Shown in pieces: positions 37,505-56,386 of a DNA stretch of 64,000 nucleotides (within the stretch, counting starts at the first letter, position 1; every line of letters starts with the position of its first letter). The DNA lies in the NCBI RefSeq assembly GCF_009914755.1, contig NC_060932.1. One strand, given 5' to 3'. The notes beneath the pieces were generated by a model. That model did not search any database and was not told where the DNA came from. It worked only from the letters and a program-made list of their open reading frames with translations. This DNA is from the human T2T-CHM13v2.0 reference genome, Homo sapiens. Made by a program: the position numbers and the translations under genes.

Positions 37505-37924
37505 CAGTGGCGTGATCATGGCTCACTGCAGACTCAACACCCCCGGGCTCGAGCAGTTCTCCCACCTCAGCCTCCTGAGTTGTTGGGACCACAGGCACGT
37601 GCCACTACGCCCAGCTACATTTTTTGCATTTTTCGTAGAGATGGTGTTTCACTGTGTTGCCTAGGCTGGTCTCAAACTCCTGGGCTCAAGCAATGTACCA
37701 ACGTTAGCCTTCTAAAGTGCTGGGATTACAGGTGTGAGCCACTGCACCCAGCCCAACCTTACATTTTTAATCTCAAGTCACTTCTCTCTACGTTTTGATT
37801 TCTTCTTTAAAATGGCGGAACTAAGAGCATCTATTTTATAGGGTTGTTGGGACAACAAAAATGAAAGAACTGCTGTTCAATGTTTAGTGAAGCGCTGTGC
37901 ACAGTTTTGAATAATGAAGTTGGT

Positions 37925-38805
<881 letters not shown>

Positions 38806-38884
38806 TGATTTTCGCAGAACCACCCTTCCCTAATGGTTGTCTCCTAGATCTAAGGTGACTTTATTCATTTTAGAATGAACTTAC

Positions 38885-39510
38885 CCCATTGATACTGTAA
38901 CCAGAGTTGGCATACATCACGATTGGCAGAACCCGGTCATGTTTAGAGATATGGAAGTGTTCTGGAAACTCCTCCTTCTTGTAGACGTGGAGGTGACTGT
39001 GCGCATTCTTCAGTGCCTGGTAAAGGGCTTCCTCTTGCCCCAACTTGGGCAGGGGCATCCCAAAGCCACCGTAGCGCACAATATCAAACTTGACCAGGTC
39101 CCTGAACTTGACGTAGTTGGACAAGGGGATCTTGTTGACATTGGGTCTCTTCTTTACGGTGGTCATCCCACGGTCTCATGTAATGATGACGCTGAGGTGC
39201 TCTGCAGGCTGTGCTTCTCAGTGGCTCCCACCAGATACCCGATGGTCCTGTCGATTTGCTGAATCATCAACTTCCTTTTCTCTGCCTCTGGCCCGAATCG
39301 ATGTCCCACGTTATCTGGCTCTCTGTAGCACAGAGTCACAAAATCAAAGTCTTCCTTGGTGAACCAGTTCATGACGGTATCGATGTTCTCCTTCCGCTCT
39401 GTCTCGTTGCTGCTTGGGTGAGTGTAGGAATCCACCAGGGACCACTTGACAGCCTCACCCTCATATTTAGCACCTCCCCTGGAATAGTGGAATGATGCCG
39501 CTCTGTTCCC
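38885..39510 (-). pseudogene. ENPP7P: ENPP7-like pseudogene exon (alkaline sphingomyelinase / NPP family; exon 3 equivalent)
   Basis: AG/GT-bounded 626-nt exon encoding ENIDTVMNWFTKEDFDFVTLCYREPDNVGHRFGPE..QIDRTIGYL..GMTTV..ALKNAHSHLHVYKKEEFPEHFH..IVMYANSGYSING; frameshift near 39175. Confidence 0.9.
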
Positions 39511-39884
39511 CTGTAAGTACAAGAAGAAAATTCCATCAGGGCCATTTGTCATACCTTTCTCACAATCAGCAAAGCTCGAGTTGTCTACATCTGTGCCCCT
39601 GTCCAAAGGTGTAGGAAATATGTGGTCTTTGGAGTCAGACAGGGTGGAGTTAGATTCTGGGCTTCCCCAGGATCTCATAGCATCTACAACACTGTTAGTT
39701 ACAAGATGTACTATTATTTTATGGGCTACTGAGCAGAAAAATGCTGCCAATGAGACCGTGACATTCCAGTGATTGTAAGGTGTATTACAACTACAGAGAT
39801 GGCAATATGAAAAATAGTTCCTTAGAATAGAAGGAGATGGTAATTTCTGAGTTGGTGGTGGTGAATTTGTGCATGTGTGTTTTT

Positions 39885-40694
39885 TATATATATACACATA
39901 TATATATACACACATATATATACACATATGTACATGTATATATGTATGTGTGTATATATATACATATATACATGTATATGTATATATGTGTATATATACA
40001 CACACACATATATACATACACATGTATATGTGTGTGTACACACACATATATACATACACATGTATATGTGTGTGTACACACACATATATACATACACATA
40101 TATATGTGTGTGTGTACACACGCATACATACACATGTATATGTGTGTGTACACACGCATATATACATACACATGTATATGTGTGTGTGTGTACACACGCA
40201 TATATACATACACATGTATATGTGTGTGTGTGTACACACGCATATATACATACACATGTATATGTGTGTGTACACACGCATATATACATACACATGTATA
40301 TGTGTGTGTGTGTACACACGCATATATACATACACATGTATATGTGTGTGTACACACGCATATATACATACACATGTATATGTGTGTGTACACACGCATA
40401 TATACATACACATGTATATGTGTGTGTGTACACACGCATATATACATACATATGTATATGTGTGTGTGTGTACACACGCATATATACATACACATGTATA
40501 TGTGTGTGTGTGTACACACGCATATATACATACACAAGTATGTGTGTGTGTACACACGCATATATACATACACATGTATATGTGTGTGTGTGTACACACG
40601 CATATATACATACACAAGTATGTGTGTGTGTACACACGCATATATACATACACATGTATATGTGTGTGTGTACACATACACATATATGTATACA
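39885..40694. repeat. Alternating purine-pyrimidine minisatellite (~38-42-bp unit TACACACGCATATATACATACACATGTATA(TG)n)
   Basis: Direct reading shows more than 15 variable copies. Confidence 0.97.
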
Positions 40695-40695
40695 T

Positions 40696-41506
<811 letters not shown>

Positions 41507-42076
41507 AAGCCAGCTAGCTTTAAGATACGGTGTTGGGCATCACGTTTTGGCATGGAGCAGGCACTCTTTTCTTTGCCCCCAGGTGGGACTAAGCCACCAC
41601 AAGCCTTCCCTGGTGTGTGCAGTGGGTGATGAATGCTTGCCTGCTCAGCACCCACTTCCTGGTGGGCTGGGTCACATTACTATGACTCCCCCTTGAGCTT
41701 CAGTCCGCGCCTGGTTGGAGATTATTGACTCAACCCGGGGATCCAGAGGTGGGATGTAGCTCTGGCCTGGCCAGAGGACCGAGGATGCTGCATGCCATGG
41801 CTACAGCTACTGGTTCAGCTTTGGGCTCATGTCCTAGTCAGAGCCAATGAGATGTAATCTTGGGATATCTGCTGGGCTGTTGGGAAGGGGACAGGCTGCC
41901 CTGCACATCCCCATTCCTGATGCTGAGGGATCTGAGAAAATCACTTGTAAAATTTGGGGGTGTTTGGAAGAAGGGGAGATTGATGTCTCTTTCTCTCTAC
42001 AGACATCTGATCAGCTACAGAGCTTGACTAACCTACCCAGAGGCAGAATGATATGGTGGTTAAAAGTGTGCTCTGG

Positions 42077-42442
42077 GCCGAGATTTTGCCACTGCACTTC
42101 AGCCTGGGTGACAGAGTGAGACTCCATCTCAAAAAAAAAAAAAAAAAAAAAATCTGCTCTGGGCTGGACGCGGGGGCTCACAACTGTAATATCAGCACTT
42201 TGGGAGGCTGAGGCAGGAAGATCGCTTGAAGTCAGGAGTTTGGAATCAGACCCTATCTCTAGAAAAATGTTTTTTAAAAATTAGCTGGGTTGGTGGTGAA
42301 TGCCTCTAGTCCCAGCTACTCGGGAGGCTGAGGCGGGAAGACTGCTGGAGCTTGGGAGTTCAAGCCTGCACTGAGCTATGATCAGGCCACTGCACTCCAA
42401 TTTGAGGGACAGAGAGAGACCCCATCTCTCTGAACAACAAAA
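42077..42442 (+). mobile_element. Alu 3' fragment plus AluJ-like element
   Basis: Alu right-arm end with poly-A, then a diverged dimer. Confidence 0.8.
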
Positions 42443-43824
42443 ATGTGTGCTCTGGTGCCACACGGCCTGGTTAGATCCTTTGTCCACCACTTAGATGCAT
42501 GTTATATAAATGTTCTCCTCAGTTTCCTCGTCTGTAACTTGGGGATGGTAATGCTGCCCCAAGAAGTGGTTATGGGGACTAAATGCATGTGGGCATATTG
42601 GTTAGTATTCAACCAGCTTGATTTTTCCTGGAGAGGGAGAAAGAGCATGCAGTGAGGTGGCATGGTCAGGTGCATTGGGACAAGGATTATTTCCTCTGGC
42701 TTCTGCCTCCTGGGAAGTATAAGGAGGGATCTGAAATCTGTCTGCAGACCCCAGAGTTGGGGACTGCAGAGGGAAATTGAGATCAGGGACTCTAGTCTGG
42801 CAGAAATGAGTGCTGCATGGGGCATTGGGTTCCTTCCATCAGAGGCATGGGGTGTGTTGCAGACAGTCATGAAATGTGGCTGAATCTTGCAAGGGACCCT
42901 CGGTCCTATGGTTGCTGCTTGAGACAAAGACCCCTGTCAGTGGAACCTGGTGACATTCACCCTTCTGTGTCAGGCTGCAGACAGCAGGAGATGGCAGCAG
43001 ATTACACCCAACAGGAAAAGGGCCATTGCCACCCCACAGGTTGCCATAGAAGGAGATGACATCTCTCCCTCTCCTCCTCCAGCAGTGTCAGCTGGGGAAG
43101 TGGTGGGTGGATGTGCACAAAAGAGTAGACCACAGAACATGCTCCTTCTCCTCCGGTCTGCTGGGGCCCCAAGAGAGTCTGCAGCCCTTGGCCAAGGACC
43201 GGCTGACACAGGAGAACAAAAGACCTTAGGCTGGGATAACATGGTGGTGCAGTTCATCCTCTGGAGCTCCCTGTGAGATCAGACTGGAGCCAGTCTCCAG
43301 CTGAGACCACATCTCACTTAGCTCCTTTCCTGCCATATCCTGTTTTCCTTACTCCTATCTCCTGAGACTTCTTCCTGAATGAATTACATGCACTCAATCC
43401 CTGCCTCAGTCTCTGCTTTTAGGGAACTTGACCTAAGACAGAAATCTTAGTACTAAATACTTTGCAAGGCCTCAGAAGCCCTGCTATCCACAAGCAGGTG
43501 AGATATTACCTTCCCTACCACCTGGCAGTCATAGTCTATGATGCGATTCAGCTTTATGGAAGTGCTTCTCTAAAGAACTTCCCCCAATTTAAGACGATCT
43601 TAATTTGCTTACTTGTTTACTGTCCATTTAGCTGCTCTAAAATGTGAGCTCCAAATCAGGGGCCGTGTCTGGTTGGTTACTCATTTCCTGAGACCTGGAA
43701 TGGGCCTAGCTCAGAGCAGGTGCTCACTATTGACGGAATGCATGTTGAAAGAATGCATGAATCTCATGTCTTTTTGTGGGTGAAAAACTCATCCTATTCT
43801 CACCCTGATTAACTTTCTTTCTTT

Positions 43825-44125
43825 CTTTATTTTTTTTTTTTTTCAAAATGGAGCCATGATCTGTCACCCAGGCTGGAGTGCAATGGTGTGATCTCAGCTA
43901 GCTGAAACCTCTGCCTTCTGGATTAAACCAATTCTCCTGCCTCAGCCTCCTGGGTAGCTGGGATTACAGGTGTATACCACAACGCCCGGCTAATTTTTTG
44001 TATTTTTAATAGAGACAGTGTTTCACCATGTTGGCCAGGCTGGTCTCGAACTCCTGACCTCGTGATCTGCCCTCTTTGGCCTCCCAAAGTCCTGGGATTA
44101 CAGGCATGAGCCACCATACCCAGCC
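43825..44125 (-). mobile_element. Alu SINE
   Basis: Reverse Alu with flanking duplication TGATTAACTT. Confidence 0.9.
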
Positions 44126-47100
44126 ACTCTTGATTAACTTAATGGAAATATTTACAGAGTTTCTTTCTCTTCTGGGTTCTAACGTCTTATCTGTAACCTC
44201 TGCAGGTAATACATTTTCCTTCCTGATGATAGCATTTCTATGGTTGCTTTCACTTGCAAATCCTCTAATACTTATTTATTCCATTTCTGATTGGCATTAG
44301 ACATAATTCTCAATTTTTAGTGACAGCACTTCTTTTAATTTACATATAAATCGACTTTGTCTTGAAATGTGACATTGACTAGAAGGATGAAACTTCTTAC
44401 ATGCTGTAGAACATAGTTTGACTGGCTAATTTATTATTTAGAAGAAGCTAATATTGCCATTATGAGGGACTTAGGTGACTCTGAAGAACCAGTTTCATTT
44501 GTAATATTTGCAATGTTAAATCACAGACATTGCCAACGTGAAATAGTTTCCATATGCTGTGTTCTCAATACACACCTTTTCCAAAGATATCCCAAGCTGT
44601 AGTCTTAGAAGACTGTGATTTTTCTTATTTGTTCTCACAGGAATTTGGGGAGCTATGCTGGATCTCCATAAAATGAGCTCCAGAAAGACACGTGTGCACA
44701 CACACACACTCACACATGTACCACACCGCACTTGACTCTGTTTATTTGGGACCCATGATTATCAGAAATGCTATTTTTAACAAATACTTCTGAGAAATAA
44801 TCTGAACACTTAATTGGATGCAAAAGAGTGGCTATTTACTATTCTACCCTTTAATTAGCATAATCAGTGTTTCCAGCAGCAAAAGCAATTGGAAAATCGC
44901 TTGTTTTGTTAGGTTCATTATTCTCCCTTAGCATAGTGTGACATCAGCATGGCTATTATTCTTAAATTGCCTCTTTAAAACAAGAGCTGGTGCTTCTTAC
45001 AGGCAATTCCTAACTCTTGGGTTTTGTAGAGGGTCCAAAACTCTTTAGAACCTATAATTCAAGGAAAGGCTCCACTTTGGTTTTGCATTTTGTCTGGTCT
45101 CTTTGGGTGACAGAATTTATGTCACAAGGTGCACATGTTTTGGGGAGGCTCATGGACAGCCCATCGCTCTTGTGCTTTGGTAGGAAATATGTGCAGTTAT
45201 GGGGAAGGAGTTAGTTACTCATCTAGGGAACAATTGGGTAGAAAGAGATGGACTCCCTGTATTTGAAATTCAGAACTCAAGCTTGGCTCTAAGTGTTTCC
45301 TTGCTTTGCTGTGCTCCACGGGAGTCACTGAGCAGAAGGAAGCGAGTTGCCTGAGATTCCTCAAAGCCCGCAGCCCTTTTGGAGGTTACATTGTTATTCT
45401 CAGAGCCTTTATGATACATAATAAAGACCTAGCTTGGACCAACATTAGGATGAGTTACCTTGCTATTAACATTCTTTCAGGTAGAAGTTGCTTTTAGGTA
45501 GAAGTTGGTCCCATCTTGCTCACAATCCTCCAAAGCTTGGAAGTTACTTTCCAGGAGACTTAGCTTGCACTGAGAGCCGCCCTCCCACCCTCTCTCCAAA
45601 TTTCCTCTTGGGAGTAGCCTAACAAGGTGCTGTCACAGGCCCTTGCCAGCCACGATGACCCCACCCAGACCATCCCTCTGCTGTTTCACTCTTTGATATT
45701 CTCTGGAGCTCTCTGGGGAGCGGTGAGACCTGCTGTCTGGTTTGTACGGTTTGCCCAGGTCTTACAGTCATGGCTGGCTGCCTCTCTCTGAGAACTGGGA
45801 CTCCTGAACTTGGTGAAATACCTCAGCCATTGATCATGTTAAATTATCGGTGGCACTCATTTAAAATCCGAGTCTGCTCCAGATGGACTCTCTCTCTTTC
45901 TGCCCTGACTATGAGAGAGAGAGATCGTGAGAGACAGAGACCATGAGAAAGACCGTGAGAGAGAGACACAGAGCTAGAGAGAGAGACCGTGCCCTGACCT
46001 GCTGGACAGTGGAGATGCTTGTGGGCTGTGAGCAAGGGATGCAAAGGCTGCCGGGAATCCCATTTTTCCAGCATCATCTGCCAAGGCACATCAGTTCCTG
46101 GGTGTCTTGATGGGTTCTGGCAGCATTACTGTCATTGAAGGAAAACATTTTAGCCATATTAAAGGTGAATGCAGCAAGCTCCACACAGGCTGCCTGGAAG
46201 GGACGCGGGACAAGGGTAGGTTTTCCCTGTGATGGACAGGAGACAGGCGGCCCTCCCACAGCCCTGCCTGGCAAAGCACATGTGTCCCCAAAAGGCACTG
46301 GGGGCAGCTGGAGTGCTGTGCGGAGGCGGGCTCACCCGGGCCCTGGGTTCGCTCTGATTGCAGCGGTTTCCCGCCAGCTCCTTGGAGAGCTGGCAGATGA
46401 CCCAGCCCCACAGCAGGAGCTGTGAATGGCAGAACGAGATACAACAATTTGATATCCACTTGCCAGATGAGCCGGGTGTCGTCAGTCGCCTGGCTCTGCG
46501 CCAACCTCTTTTTGCACAAACACTTATGAATTCAGCCAGGAGGAAAAGCACTCTGATTATGAATTGAGCAGAAGGAAACAAAGTTCTGCGGATAAACACC
46601 AATGAGACAAAAAAAGACGAATAAGAAAAATGACAGAAAAGGAGAACCTTCCCAGAAGCCTCCTGCCAGTGAACAGCCACCGTAGCAAGAGCTTGGAGTC
46701 CCTGGGTTTTGAACTGTGAGATAAGGAAGATGATGAAAACCTCCCTAGCAGCCAGGCAAGCACAAGATTCCTGTAAAATCCAGGTCTAAGTGTTTTAACC
46801 ACAGAAGTAATATTATGTCATAGGTGAGAGCTGTGAGTTGCTGAACCCAAAGTGAGTTCAAATCCGAGCTCTGCCTCCTGCTACCTGTGTGACTTTGAGA
46901 AGTTCCAGCACTGCTTTGTGCCTCAGTTTTGTCATCTGTTAAATGGGCATAATCACAGCTTGTGCCTCAGAGTTGTTGTAAATTAATACATGTAAAGCAC
47001 TGAAATCAGCCTGGTATACAGTAAGTGTTATGAACGTTATTTTCTTGGAAGGACAGAACTTATTTTCATGGTCTAAGCCTGAAAGTCTAAAAAATGTGAG

Positions 47101-47259
47101 AGAAGAGGAAAGAATCTAGAGTCTCACCATGAGGGAGAAAAGTCAACTTGAAGCAGGACAGGGTCATTGACAATTTCCTGTGATTCTACAGCTGCCTTGT
47201 ACACTATGGTAGCTCCTATCCACTTACTGTTTAGATTTTGTGATTTAGAAATGAATTAA

Positions 47260-47579
<320 letters not shown>

Positions 47580-47722
47580 TCAGTTCTTCATTCTCACCAG
47601 CCACATTTCAAGGGCTCAACAGCCCATGTGGGCGGCTAGCAGCTCCCATGTTGGACAGTGCAGAGTAGAGCAAGCCCACCATTGCAGAATGTTTGATTGG
47701 ACCATGACTGAATAGTCTATTG

Positions 47723-48232
47723 CAGTGGTCCCCAATTTTTTTTTAGCACCAAGGACCAGTTTCCGTGTACTTGTTGGGGGAAGTTTCAGGATGATTCAAG
47801 TGCATTACATTTATTGTGTACTTTATTTCTATTGTTATGAACATTATAATATATAATGAAATCATTATACCACTCACCATAATGTAGAATCAGTGAGAGC
47901 CCTGAGCTTGTTTTCCTGCAACTAGATAATCCCATCTTCGGGTGGTGGGAGACAGTGACAGATCATCAGGCATTAGATTCTCATAAGGAGCACACAACCT
48001 AGATCCCTTCCACATGCAGATCACAATAGGGTTGGTGCTCCTATCAGAATCTAATGCCACTGCTGATCTGACAGGAGACAGAGCTCAGGCGGTAACGCTA
48101 GCCATGGGGAGCAGCTGTAAATACAGATGAAGCTTCACTCATTAGCTCACTGCTCACCTCCTTCTGTGCAGCCCAGTTCCTAACAGGCCACAGACCGCTA
48201 CTGGTCTGTGGTCTGGGGGATGGGGACCTCTG
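47723..48232. mobile_element. MER1A-like hAT-Charlie DNA transposon
   Basis: TIRs CAGTGGTCCCCAA / TGGGGACCTCTG and perfect 8-bp TSD GTCTATTG (47715-47722 and 48233-48240). Confidence 0.88.
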
Positions 48233-48319
48233 GTCTATTGGATAACACTAGCTTTGAGGGTACTGATCAGCCAAAGAAGCACTGAGATGATTTGTCCTCC
48301 ATTAATAAGAATGATGGAC

Positions 48320-48615
<296 letters not shown>

Positions 48616-49546
48616 AGATGGACTTTTTTGGAGCATTTAGTTCCAAGCACCTTCCCTGCATTTTCTCAGTTAATCCTCCCAGTGACTCTTTGAAGCAGGG
48701 ACTATGACAATCGTCATTTCACAGATGGAGCAACTGAGGCACAGAGAGGAAGTCAATGGCCACGGTCGCCCAGCTGAGGAAGGATGGAGCCGGCTGAGAT
48801 CCTGTTCTGGGGATCTAACTCTGCAGCCTGCATTCTGGGCTGCTGTATTCTCCCTTGTTGCTATCTGACGAGCACAGCATGGGCTCAGAGTACAGACAGG
48901 AGGAACCAGCTAATAAGGAGAGGTCTAGGGTGAAGGCTGGTGCCTTGGGGAAGAAGAGAGAGGTCTCATTCTAAAGGGATGGCATTGGAAGTTCATAGTG
49001 ATAAAGCAAAGCCAACAGGTTTTGGGGCTGAGAGTTAAACACACAGCTCTGGTTTCTGCCTTTTCACAGTGGTGATGAAAGAGCACTGAGAGCCTCTCGA
49101 GCTAAAGTTGTCATCATTGCTCTTCATAGTCTGAAGGTGCATGAAATGGTCAACTTTCTTCCAAAGGGCTTTTATGCCTAAGTCTGTGGTTAGTGTATAA
49201 ACAGATATTTACTGAAGTCCTGCTGGGTGCAGACACTGTGGCCAGCCCTGAGGCTACAGTCAAGATGAAGCCAGTCTCTGTCCTCATGGAGACCTGTCTA
49301 TTGATAAGAAAAGAGAAAGCTCACTGAGCATTGACCCTGTGCCCACTGCTTTTGATGCATCTCTCATTTAATCCTTCTATCAAATCTGTGAAATAAACAC
49401 ATCACCATCATCCTATTTCACATTTAGGGAAACATATGCTTAGAGAGGGTAAGTAACTTGGTCAAGGTCACACAGCTTCGATCTCTCATCCCACAGGCGC
49501 AGGAATGGGAGGCAGCAGCTGGGGAAGCCAGGGTCTCTGGCAGTCC

Positions 49547-49694
49547 TTGTCTCTGGGCGGTGATCCAGAGAGAGAGAGAACACGATTGTCTCAGCACTGG
49601 GTCTTCTTCTGAGTCATCTTGAAGGAGCAATTCCAGAGCGTCTCGGTGTTAAACATCATGTTGTGAATGACTCAGTGATCTCTGACCCAGAGAC
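49547..49694 (-). pseudogene. ENPP7P: ENPP7-like pseudogene exon (exon 2 equivalent)
   Basis: After a pyrimidine tract and AG it encodes GLWVRDH*VIHNMMFNTET..C*DNRVL..WITAQRQ, matching NPP-family HGxxHNM..WWDNG..IWITAQRQ; two stops, a frameshift and a non-canonical donor. Confidence 0.8.
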
Positions 49695-49791
49695 CTTGGG
49701 GATAAAGGAGGGGAGGTATGGAGAACCTCTTTGAATGGATGTTACCGGGGTGTCAGTGTTCTTTGAGGCCACAGGCTATGTGTCACCAAAT

Positions 49792-50815
49792 TGAAGGGGT
49801 GGCCTGCCCCTCCACACCTGTGGGTATTTCTAGTCGGGTGGGATGAGAGACGGAGAAAAGAAATAAGACACAGAGACAAAGTACAGGGAAACAACAGTGG
49901 ATCCAGGGGACCGGCACTCAGCACACCAGGATTTGCACGGGCACTGGCCTCTGAGTTCCCTCAGTTTTTATTGATTATGATTTTCATTATTTCAGCAAAA
50001 AGGAATGTAATAGGAGAGCAGGGTGATAATAAGGAGAAGGTCAACAAAAAACATGTGAGCAAAAGAATCTATATCATAATTAAGTTCAAGGGAAGGTACT
50101 ATGACTGGACTTGCACGTAGGCCAGATTTATGTTTCTCTCCACCCAAACATCTCAGTGGAGTAAAGAATAACAAGGCAGCGTTACTGCAACATGTCTCGC
50201 CTCCCGCCACAGGACAGCTTTTCTCCTAGCTCAGACTTGAACAAATGTACAATCGGGTTTACACCGAGACATTCAGTTCCCAGGGGCAAGCAGGAGATAG
50301 TGGCCTTCCTCCATCTCAACTGCAAGAGGCTTTCCTCTTTTCCTAATCCGCCTCAGCACAGACCCTTTACGGGTGTCAGGCTGGGGGACAGTCAGGTCTT
50401 TCTCATCCCACGAGGCCATATTTCAGACTATCACATGGGGAGAAACCTTGGACAATACCCTGCTTTCAAGGGCAGGGCTCCCTGCGGCTTTCCACGGTGC
50501 ATTGTTCCCGTGGTTTATTGTGACTAGAGAATGGCAATGACTTTTACCAAGTATACTGCTTGTAAATATTTGGTTAACAAGGCACGTCCTGCACAGCCCT
50601 AGATCCCTCAAACCTTGATTTTATACAACACATGTTTTTGTGAACTCCAAGTTGGGGCAAAGTGACTGGGACAAAGTGGCTGGGGCAAAGCTACAAATGA
50701 ACAACATCTCAGCAAAGCAATTGTTAGAGTACAGGTCTTTTTCAAAATGGAGTCTCTTATGTCTTCCCTTTCTACATAGACACAGTGACAGTCTGATCTC
50801 TCTCTTTTCCCTACA
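49792..50815 (-). mobile_element. 3' LTR of the HERV-K provirus
   Basis: Reverse complement runs TGTAGGGAAAAG...CCACCCCTTCA and follows the polypurine tract. Confidence 0.95.
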
Positions 50816-52690
50816 TTTCCCGCTTTTCTTTTTGACAAAACCGCCATGGTCATCATGGTCTCTTCTCGCTGGTCGCTGTCTCTCCGGAGCTGCTGGATAC
50901 ACCTGTAGACTAACAATAGAGAGGACAGACATACAAGAATTAATACAAAATTTGCAATAGTGGAATTTCCAATGGTTTTAACCCAAGTGACAGGGTTAAG
51001 ATTTGTGAGGCTATCAACAGCTTTTACCATTGCCTCCGTTTCTGACACCAGATTTAACTGGGCTTTTGATGTTTCAAAAATTTGTTCTTTCAATTTAGAA
51101 ATATCTAAGGTAAGATTATCTTCTCTTCCTTGTAGATGGCGTCTAACCATGTCCCAGTGCTGTTCAGATTCATTATAGGCTCGAGGTGTAATACAAAAAT
51201 CTGATGTATTCCAGTCACACTGTAACTGAAAAAGATATTCTAAGCTCATGAGCCTATCTCCCATCCAAATAACAGTTTGTCTAAGATCATTAATTTGATT
51301 TGCCAATTTTTGACCCATTTGAGTCTAAGAATTCCACAATTTTGAGGAATTCTTTTGCCAATTATTCACATATTCTGCAGTTTGAACAGAGGAGTGTAAA
51401 GCAATTCCAGCAGCCACAGCAGTAGCTGTGACTGCAATAAGACCCATAATCACTGCAATCAAAGTAAAAATGAATCTTTTAAATCTAATTAGAACTCCTT
51501 TTAATACTTAAGTTATGTACGGATGGAGAAGCCTCCCACGGTCGATCCATGGACACAGGGATCCACACGCCTTCTCTTGCCCTTACTAACAGAATAGCAT
51601 TCTGCCAATCAAAAGTTGAATCAATGCAAGTAAACAATCTACAATTTTCACTGGTTGTAGTTTGGGAATCTGGTTTAATAGCTATGTTTTCTACAACTAG
51701 CATATAAGGAGGTTTTACACAACTTTGCAAAGGAATTTTCAGATTGGAATTTAGGTTAATAATTAATATGGCTTATGATTTCTTGTTCCCATAACTTGAT
51801 TTCCAGACCAAATTCTAATGTGGTACGAGGCCACAGTGAGCTTCCATAATTCTGGGTGTTCAGGACCAAAAACAGGACTAACTAACTTTGGTCGGGGTGA
51901 TGAAATCCTCTTTTCACCCCATTTCCATGGATAGGGTGATTCTAGCCTTCTATAAACCTGGTCTAGCCTTTTAGTTAAATCACTATCACAGGCCGGATTA
52001 GTGGGCCAGACACATGGAGCCTGTGAACATGAGTGGGTCTGGCCCATACAGTCATAATATAATTGGCCTTGAGGGGCCTAGTCTATAATAGTTTCAAATT
52101 TATTGTTTTGTAGTACCACTGCAGTATCAGCCACACATTCTTCCCAAACTAAGACTACTGGGTCTTTTGATTCTTTTGGAATTTCCTTGGGGCATGGTTT
52201 CCCTTTAGGCCTAAATTTTAATGATCTTTGATAGGAAGAATTCTGTAAATTATTCATTTGTGACCTGAGCGACATTCCTCTTATCATATGATAAGTAAAT
52301 TTACTGGTGGCACTGACAGTAGGTACTTCTATCAACCAAGTTTGGATTGTAGGCATTAAGCATCCTGGTGCTTTTCCCAGGCAAATAGGAGGATAATGAT
52401 ACCCAATGGAAATGTTTATCATCATTCCTTCTTCTTCAGGTTGGGCAGGGCCACGGTCATCTGTGGGGCCTGGTACCCATGCACTGTTATTAACATATAC
52501 TTCAATAGGATTATCTATCCAAGTGACTGCTCGAATTAAGGGTGAGAAAATCACATAGGCCCAGTAAGTATAGTTAGCTGTAGCGGCTCCTGAAGACATA
52601 GGGAGACTTATCACCGCTGATACAATCATTAAATCTGCAAGTAGCATATTCTCTGGAGTTTGTGTTACCCTTGTGTTTTCCAGGCTTTTT

Positions 52691-56386
<3,696 letters not shown>

